Part shown: positions 58,138 to 64,000 of the stretch, one piece after another
Numbering within the stretch: the first letter of the stretch is position 1
Layout of the letters: each line of letters opens with the position of its first letter
From: Schleiferiaceae bacterium
Lineage (GTDB): Bacteria; Bacteroidota; Bacteroidia; Flavobacteriales; Schleiferiaceae
NCBI GenBank assembly: GCA_029254375.1
Contig: JAQWXR010000029.1
Coordinates: 13,827-77,826 of the forward strand
DNA length: 64,000 bases
Reading direction: 5' to 3'
The notes under the pieces: model-generated
Told to the model about the DNA's origin: nothing
Databases searched by the model: none
What the model saw: only the letters and a program-made list of their open reading frames with translations
Made by a program: the position numbers and the translations under genes

Positions 58138-60437
58138 AACAACTTTTACTTGGATTATTGGCTGCCGCTGCCGTGAGCGCCGCCGCCCAGAACCTCCAAG
58201 ACGTGAATGTCTTTATTGGAACGGAGCGCATGGGCCACACCTTTCCTGGGGCGGTGGTTCCCTTCGGGATGGTACAGCTCAGTCCGGATACGCGTTTGGT
58301 TCCCTATGCCTTGCCGAATGGTTCGTATAATCCCGAGGTATATGGCTATTGTGCGGGCTACCAGTATGAAGACCGAACCATTTACGGATTCAGCCATACC
58401 CATTTTAGCGGAACGGGGCACAGCGATTTAGGTGATTTTTCCATTTTACCCGTGAAACAAGGCCAATCCCTGCAGCCTGGCGATGGCAAGGATCCAGCCA
58501 CGGGCTACTTCGAAACATTTGACAAGCAAACGGAGTCCGCCCAGCCTGGTTACTACCGGGTGCAATTGGAACGATCGGGCACCTTGGCTGAACTTACCGC
58601 CAGCACCCACACAGGCTTTCACAGGTATACGTATCCCATAGGAGACAGTGCCTCCCTCCTGCTTGATCTAGTCAATGGCATTTACGGCTACGATGGAAAA
58701 GTGCTCTGGTCTAGCCTGCGCGTGGAGAATGATACCTTGATTAGCGGGTACCGCCATGTGTCTGGATGGGCGCGCGATCGCTACATATACTTCGCCGCAT
58801 CCTTCAGCCGACCTATTCAGAGCTACCGACACCAGAAGGACGACCAAACGCCCTACCGCGGTTTTTACCGCCGTTTCAAAGAGTTTGAGAATTTTCCGGA
58901 GATGGCGGGCCGGTCGGTTCGGGCCGAATTCACCTTTGCCCCAAGTGAAGAACCCCTAGAAGTCCATTTTGCCATCAGTGGTGTTTCTACGGCCGGTGCG
59001 CTGGGCAATTTACGTGCTGAAGCGAAGCACTTTGACATCGCCAAGGCCGAGGCCCAAGGGCTTTGGAGCGCGGAGTTGGACAAGATTCAAGGCGAGTTTC
59101 TTTCGAAGGGTGATCGGACAACGTTCTACACCGCACTTTACCACAGCTTGATTGCACCCCATGTTTTTCAAGACGTGGATGGTCAATACCGCGGCCTAGA
59201 CGGCAATGTTCACCAAGCGGAAGGCTTCACCAACCTCACCGTATTCTCGCTGTGGGACAGCTATCGAGCGCTACACCCATGGTTCAATTTCTTCCAGCCC
59301 AATCACAACCGAAATGCCGTTATGTCTATGCTAGCCCACGGCGAACAAAGCGTACATAAGGTCTTACCGGTATGGAGCCATTGGGCCAATGAAAACTGGT
59401 GCATGATTGGTTACCACGGTGTCAGCGTGTTGGCGGATGCCGCCGCTAAGGGCATGACGGGCATAGACTGGGACCTGGCGCTAAAGCTAGCCGTGAGTTC
59501 GTCGAGCTGGCGTGGGTACGACGGTTTGGGAGCCTACATGGACCTTGGCTATGTGCCAGAGGATGTGACCGGATCGTCGGTGAGTAAGACCTTGGAGTAT
59601 GCCTACGACGATTGGTGCGTGGCGGAATTAGCCAGACGCCAAACCCCTTACCACAACTTCTATACGGGCACCGACCACCCCAATATTCGCTTGAACAAGG
59701 CCTACTTAAAGCGTTCTCAAGCGTTTAAAAACACCTTTGACCCACAGATCCATTGGGCGCGTCCACGACTCAGCAGCGGAGTTTATAAGGCGGAATTTGA
59801 CCTTCTCAGTACCCACAACCAAGGCTTCATTGAAGGAAATGCCTGGAATTACAGCTTTTACGTACCGCATGATGTGCCCGGATTGATACAGGTCATGGGC
59901 GGCAAAAAGATCTTTGTGCAGCGTTTGGACTCGCTTTTCACCATGGAATTGCCCGACGAAGCCATCGCACACACGGAAGATGTGACGCGCGACGGACTGC
60001 TCGGAAACTACGTGCATGGCAATGAGCCTTCTCAGCATATTCCGTATTTGTACAATTGGACGGCGGATCGTTCGAAGACGCAGTATTGGGTCCGAACCAT
60101 ATGTCGCGAGATGTATGGTCCTGAAACGGATGGCCTTTGCGGCAACGACGACGCGGGCCAAATGTCCGCCTGGTACCTATTCAGCTCCCTAGGGTTTTAC
60201 CCGGTCACCCCTGGATCCGCCAGCTACGAGTTCGGTAGTCCCACATTAAAAAGCGCCAGTATTCAACTGGAAAATGGCAAGCGCCTTCGCATTGAAACGG
60301 TCAAACAGTCGGCTAAAAATGTATATGTCAAGGAAGTACTTTGGAACGGAACAGCCTTGCTAGGACATAGCATCTACCATCAGCAATTGATACAAGGTGG
60401 CACAGTTACCTTTGTCATGACCAATAAACCCCAATAA
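58134..60437 (+). CDS. GH92-family alpha-mannosidase
   Basis: IGTERMGHTFPGAVVPFGMVQLSPDT and HGNEPSQH motifs. The ATG at 58134 gives a signal peptide and an ATGA overlap with the upstream GH92 gene. Confidence 0.88.
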   Translation: MKQLLLGLLAAAAVSAAAQNLQDVNVFIGTERMGHTFPGAVVPFGMVQLSPDTRLVPYALPNGSYNPEVYGYCAGYQYEDRTIYGFSHTHFSGTGHSDLGDFSILPVKQGQSLQPGDGKDPATGYFETFDKQTESAQPGYYRVQLERSGTLAELTASTHTGFHRYTYPIGDSASLLLDLVNGIYGYDGKVLWSSLRVENDTLISGYRHVSGWARDRYIYFAASFSRPIQSYRHQKDDQTPYRGFYRRFKEFENFPEMAGRSVRAEFTFAPSEEPLEVHFAISGVSTAGALGNLRAEAKHFDIAKAEAQGLWSAELDKIQGEFLSKGDRTTFYTALYHSLIAPHVFQDVDGQYRGLDGNVHQAEGFTNLTVFSLWDSYRALHPWFNFFQPNHNRNAVMSMLAHGEQSVHKVLPVWSHWANENWCMIGYHGVSVLADAAAKGMTGIDWDLALKLAVSSSSWRGYDGLGAYMDLGYVPEDVTGSSVSKTLEYAYDDWCVAELARRQTPYHNFYTGTDHPNIRLNKAYLKRSQAFKNTFDPQIHWARPRLSSGVYKAEFDLLSTHNQGFIEGNAWNYSFYVPHDVPGLIQVMGGKKIFVQRLDSLFTMELPDEAIAHTEDVTRDGLLGNYVHGNEPSQHIPYLYNWTADRSKTQYWVRTICREMYGPETDGLCGNDDAGQMSAWYLFSSLGFYPVTPGSASYEFGSPTLKSASIQLENGKRLRIETVKQSAKNVYVKEVLWNGTALLGHSIYHQQLIQGGTVTFVMTNKPQ

Positions 60438-60439
60438 AC

Positions 60440-62728
60440 ATGCGATTCCTGTTTTGGCTCGTGGCCCTGATTTTGGCCGCACAACCTGTTTTGGCGCAGC
60501 CCATTCCACACCCTAGCAACGGCCGTGCTTTTGAGGAGGATATCGTTACCCGGGTTTACATTGATTTACCGGCGGATACCCTGAATTGGATTCTGCAGAA
60601 TGTGACGAGCGATCGGGAGTGGCATGCCGATTTTGTCCACATGCATAATGGCCAAGCGGATACGGTTAATGATGTGGGCTTCCGACTCCGAGGGAATACC
60701 TCGCGCTATTCTGGCAAGAAGTCATTCAAAATCAGCTTCAATAGTTTCACCTCCGGAGGACGCTGGGAAGGCCTGAAGGAGTTGAATCTCAATGGAGAAC
60801 ACAATGACCCCAGCATGAGTCGCGCGCGGATGGGTTGGCATTTGCTCAGCGATGTGGGCCTAAGTGCCTCGCGAAGCAATCATGTGCGACTTTATATTAA
60901 CGGCGACTATTTTGGCCTCTACGCCAACATAGAGCACATCAACGATGACTTTGTAGAGCGACGCTACGGTGGCAAAGCAGGGAACCTCTACAAGTGCTTG
61001 TGGCCTGCCTCGCTAGCCTATTTGTCGAATGACCCCAATGATTACAAATTCACGTCGAGCGGCCGCCGTGCATACGAGCTCAAAACGAATAAAGGGGCCG
61101 ATGACTACAGTGATTTGGCCAACTTCATTCAAGTGCTCAACCAAACAGCCATCGCAGATCTGCCTTGCGCTTTAGAGGCCATATTTGATGTAAATGAATA
61201 CCTCTATACCCTGGCATTTGAAATTAGTACTGGCCACTGGGACGATCACGCAAACAACCAAAACAACTTCTACCTCTACCAATCCCCTGAGGATGGCTTA
61301 ATGCATTTCATCACCTTTGATTTGGATAACACCTTTGGGGTGGATTGGATTGGGCAGGATTGGACGACTAAAAATATTCATGCCTGGGGCAAGCAAAACA
61401 ACGGTTACCCGCTCTACGATCGCGTGACCTCAGTGCCTGAATACCAACTTCGACTCCAACTCTTCTTGGCTGCAATCGATGCTCAAATGAGCTCGAACGC
61501 CTACATCGCGCGATCACTGGGTTACCGAGATCAACTTCTCGGCTACGTAGGTCCGGATCCTGCCTACCCCTTGGACTACGGTTATGATTCATTGGACCTT
61601 TATGATGCGTGGCATTTTCCATCTGGAGGCCATGTAAAGGAAGGGATCTTCCCCTTCATCAACCAGCGTGTAAGTAACACCCAGAATCAGCTTATTTCGG
61701 GAAATGCAGATCCTATTCTATGGCGCCCTCGCCTCCAAGGGGCGAGTAACCAAGGGCCTATTCAAGCCACCGTGGTTCTGCTTGATGAAGCTACTCCAAA
61801 CTCTGTACTCCTTCAATACCGTGAGACTGGGACCACGGTTTGGACGGCTGTGGATCTATATGATGATGGCATGCATGGAGATGGTGCCGCCGGGGATCGA
61901 ACCTATGGCAACGGTTTCAGCGTTTCTGGCAGCATTAGCCAGCTAGATTATCGATTTGCCGCCCAGGACGTTCAAGGTCAATTGGGGCAGTGGCCATGCA
62001 CCTATGCCACGCATAGCCTCCATCCTTTTCCTGCCATTGTGATTAATGAGGCGCAATCGGCTAACCAAAATACAGTCTACGATCAGAACGGGGATGATTC
62101 GGACTGGTTGGAACTCTATAACCCCTCGTTTTCGAGCACTTCGCTTGTGGGGCTATACATAAGTGATGACCCGAGCGACCCCGATGCCTTCCACTTCAAA
62201 GGAGGCAGTCTTGCCGGCCAAGGCCACACAGTTGTTTGGGCAAGTGATGACAGCAGCTTGTATGACAACCATGCCCCATTCAAACTGAGTTCGGGAGGGG
62301 ATTGGCTTGGTCTGTACTTTAAAGACCCCAGTGGTAGCTTTCATTTGCTCGACGAAGTCCAGATTCCCGCTTTGGCCCCCGATCAATCCTATGGTCGCAT
62401 CACCGATGGTCATATGCAGTGGGTCGTCTTTGATCAGCATCCTACACCATGGCAAAACAATGCCGGAACCTTCGGAATCCCTGGGGACCTCACCTTAGAC
62501 TGGCGAGCCTTCCCTAATCCATTCCGAGAGGCTGTTTGGATTGACCATGAGTCCGATTTATATAAGGACGTTCATCTTCGTATCACAAGTGCCTTAGGCC
62601 AGACCGTCTATGAGGGGGACCAGCAGCTGCCCTATCGCTGGGAAGGTGCCGGACCGGGACTCTATTATATCGAGATTTATTCTGGAATTCACCTGACCCA
62701 GACCCTGACGGTGATCCAAGTTCCATGA
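60440..62728 (+). CDS. CotH kinase-family protein with lamin-tail domain and T9SS C-terminal sorting domain
   Basis: CotH-like FRLRGNTSR..KKSFKISFN, an LTD-like VINEAQ...DWLELYNPS, and a C-terminal FPNPF...GLYYIEI sorting domain. Confidence 0.78.
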   Translation: MRFLFWLVALILAAQPVLAQPIPHPSNGRAFEEDIVTRVYIDLPADTLNWILQNVTSDREWHADFVHMHNGQADTVNDVGFRLRGNTSRYSGKKSFKISFNSFTSGGRWEGLKELNLNGEHNDPSMSRARMGWHLLSDVGLSASRSNHVRLYINGDYFGLYANIEHINDDFVERRYGGKAGNLYKCLWPASLAYLSNDPNDYKFTSSGRRAYELKTNKGADDYSDLANFIQVLNQTAIADLPCALEAIFDVNEYLYTLAFEISTGHWDDHANNQNNFYLYQSPEDGLMHFITFDLDNTFGVDWIGQDWTTKNIHAWGKQNNGYPLYDRVTSVPEYQLRLQLFLAAIDAQMSSNAYIARSLGYRDQLLGYVGPDPAYPLDYGYDSLDLYDAWHFPSGGHVKEGIFPFINQRVSNTQNQLISGNADPILWRPRLQGASNQGPIQATVVLLDEATPNSVLLQYRETGTTVWTAVDLYDDGMHGDGAAGDRTYGNGFSVSGSISQLDYRFAAQDVQGQLGQWPCTYATHSLHPFPAIVINEAQSANQNTVYDQNGDDSDWLELYNPSFSSTSLVGLYISDDPSDPDAFHFKGGSLAGQGHTVVWASDDSSLYDNHAPFKLSSGGDWLGLYFKDPSGSFHLLDEVQIPALAPDQSYGRITDGHMQWVVFDQHPTPWQNNAGTFGIPGDLTLDWRAFPNPFREAVWIDHESDLYKDVHLRITSALGQTVYEGDQQLPYRWEGAGPGLYYIEIYSGIHLTQTLTVIQVP

Positions 62729-62778
62729 TAAAACAGGCCCCTTGTGGGGCTGACTTGGCAAAAGTTTAGCTTCTGTGC

Positions 62779-63366
62779 TTAAGCCATTAATCGTGTGTTT
62801 TCCGTCACTGGAGCCGCACCATCGTAGCGGCCTGGGACGGGTTGATAGTCGAGGGCTTCGTTGCAGCCAATTTCAGACGTGAAGTATCCGAAAAGTGTCA
62901 ATTCTTTGAGCACGGAGAAATAGTGTAAACCTTCTGCTTCGCGGCGCTCCTCATCCACTTTTTTCAGGATGCCCTCGCGATAGAAGGAACTGGCTTGTGC
63001 GAACGAAGTGCCACTTAGCTCGTCTGCCGCAACGTCCAACGCCAGCAAACCTTCATTCACCGCATCGCGGTGCTCTTGGCCATAGCAATCGGCCAGCATC
63101 AAATCGATGAAGGAGCCCACTTGTGCTTCTCCGGCCCCAGCAGAGGTGGCTGTTTTCGGAAGTATCGTATCCGCAATGGCATTCAAGAAGGCCACGCGTT
63201 CGGGGTCTCCACTACCCACTGAATGAGCCGCTCGTGCGCAGGATTCCATCAAAATACTCGGAGCAATCAAAGTGCCTCCCAAAACTAAGGCCAAGCGCTG
63301 TACGGCAGCACGGCGGCTCATTTCGCCACCAAGGGCGATTTCACGGTAGCTTGAATTCTTTTCCAT
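62779..63366 (-). CDS. gluconate 2-dehydrogenase subunit 3 family protein (Tat signal)
   Basis: Twin-arginine-like SRRAAVQRLALVLGG N-terminus, 195 aa. 1-nt overlap with the upstream GMC oxidoreductase gene. Confidence 0.7.
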   Translation of the reverse strand: MEKNSSYREIALGGEMSRRAAVQRLALVLGGTLIAPSILMESCARAAHSVGSGDPERVAFLNAIADTILPKTATSAGAGEAQVGSFIDLMLADCYGQEHRDAVNEGLLALDVAADELSGTSFAQASSFYREGILKKVDEERREAEGLHYFSVLKELTLFGYFTSEIGCNEALDYQPVPGRYDGAAPVTENTRLMA

Positions 63367-64000
63367 TACAGATTGCCTTTTTTAAGTTCTTCCACCGCGA
63401 AGTTGGCCGCACGTGCCGTCAGCGCCATATATGTCAACGAAGGATTCACACATGCCGCAGAGGTCATACAGGCCCCATCCGTGACAAACACGTTTTGAGC
63501 ATCCCAAACTTGGTTGTTTTTGTTGAGAACCGAATTGCTTGGGTCGGTTCCCATTCGGGCTGTTCCCATTTCATGAATTCCCATTCCCAAGGCATAGTCC
63601 GAGTCGTAGCTGTACACATTTTTGACGCCACAGGCTTCGAGCATCTCTGCTGCATCTTCCGCCATATCCTTGCGCATCTTGATCTCATTTTCCTTTAGTT
63701 CTGCATCAACGGCCAAAACTGACAAGCCCCATTTGTCCTTTTTGCTATGATCCATGTAAATCTTGTTTTCATGGTAGGGAAGTACTTCTCCGAAGGCTGT
63801 CATGCCGATACTCCAGTCGCCAGGGCGCGATAAATCGTCTTTGAACTGTCCTCCAATTCCTAGTTCAGCCACGCCTCGGCTCCATCCTGCACGGGAAGCA
63901 CCGCCTTGGTAGCCAAAGCCACGGAGGTAATCCCGGCTTTCCTGTCCAGGTAAATTGCGGAAGCGCGGCACGTAGAATCCCGTTGGACGTTTGCCGAAGT
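63366..64000 (-). CDS. GMC-family FAD oxidoreductase, C-terminal part (5' end off-window)
   Basis: C-terminal GMC motifs (HEMGTARMG, NVFVTDGA). The frame runs to the window edge. Confidence 0.8.
   Translation of the reverse strand, partial: FGKRPTGFYVPRFRNLPGQESRDYLRGFGYQGGASRAGWSRGVAELGIGGQFKDDLSRPGDWSIGMTAFGEVLPYHENKIYMDHSKKDKWGLSVLAVDAELKENEIKMRKDMAEDAAEMLEACGVKNVYSYDSDYALGMGIHEMGTARMGTDPSNSVLNKNNQVWDAQNVFVTDGACMTSAACVNPSLTYMALTARAANFAVEELKKGNL

Overview
The window looks like a core-chromosome segment of a Bacteroidota genome, probably Flavobacteriia-like. Supporting signs are T9SS-type C-terminal sorting domains, a DUF4835 gene in the coaBC-recN neighbourhood, a Bacteroidota-style long rpoZ, and TAnnTTTG -7 boxes. 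I call about 58 protein-coding genes at roughly 95% coding density. Many neighbouring genes overlap by 1-20 nt. Reading by eye, I found no rRNA, tRNA, CRISPR array, IS or transposase, integrase or phage module.

Most of the content is housekeeping: an RSH (p)ppGpp enzyme, queE, folD, ffh, prfC, fabI, recN, coaBC, rpoZ, bamD, dapA, ligA, prmC, ribD, dnaA, mnmE, acs and parA. dnaA sits at about 35.8 kb, and coding-strand preference switches there, which is consistent with a nearby replication origin. I could not find clear DnaA boxes.

The regions that deserve a second look are:
1. 13.9-20.6 kb: a tightly packed minus-strand block. A CarH-like MerR/B12 regulator and an ECF sigma factor precede crtI-crtB-idi, a PTPS-type pterin synthase, folE and a photolyase. 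A repeated TGTTTAAC-type motif lies in the 113-bp control region.
2. 8.2-11.7 kb: a translationally coupled four-gene unit. It comprises an ABC ATPase, a MacB/FtsX-type permease with a His-rich periplasmic loop, a small secreted Cys-motif protein, and a dihydroorotase-like protein whose HxH metal ligands are replaced by RxR.
3. 47.3-48.9 kb: a porin-like outer-membrane barrel plus a secreted FMN_bind protein carrying a flavinylation-type DGISGAT motif. It is divergent from a DUF6702-like/HupE-UreJ/M1 peptidase/DUF3347-like operon at 49.0-53.0 kb.
4. 55.2-62.7 kb: two GH92 mannosidases followed by a CotH-kinase/lamin-tail/T9SS-CTD protein.
5. Three small oddities: a secreted protein made of six 16-aa repeats, a Cys/Met/His-rich PDZ protein, and a conserved 477-aa protein I cannot assign.

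All functional calls rest on motifs I recognise in the supplied translations. No database search was run.
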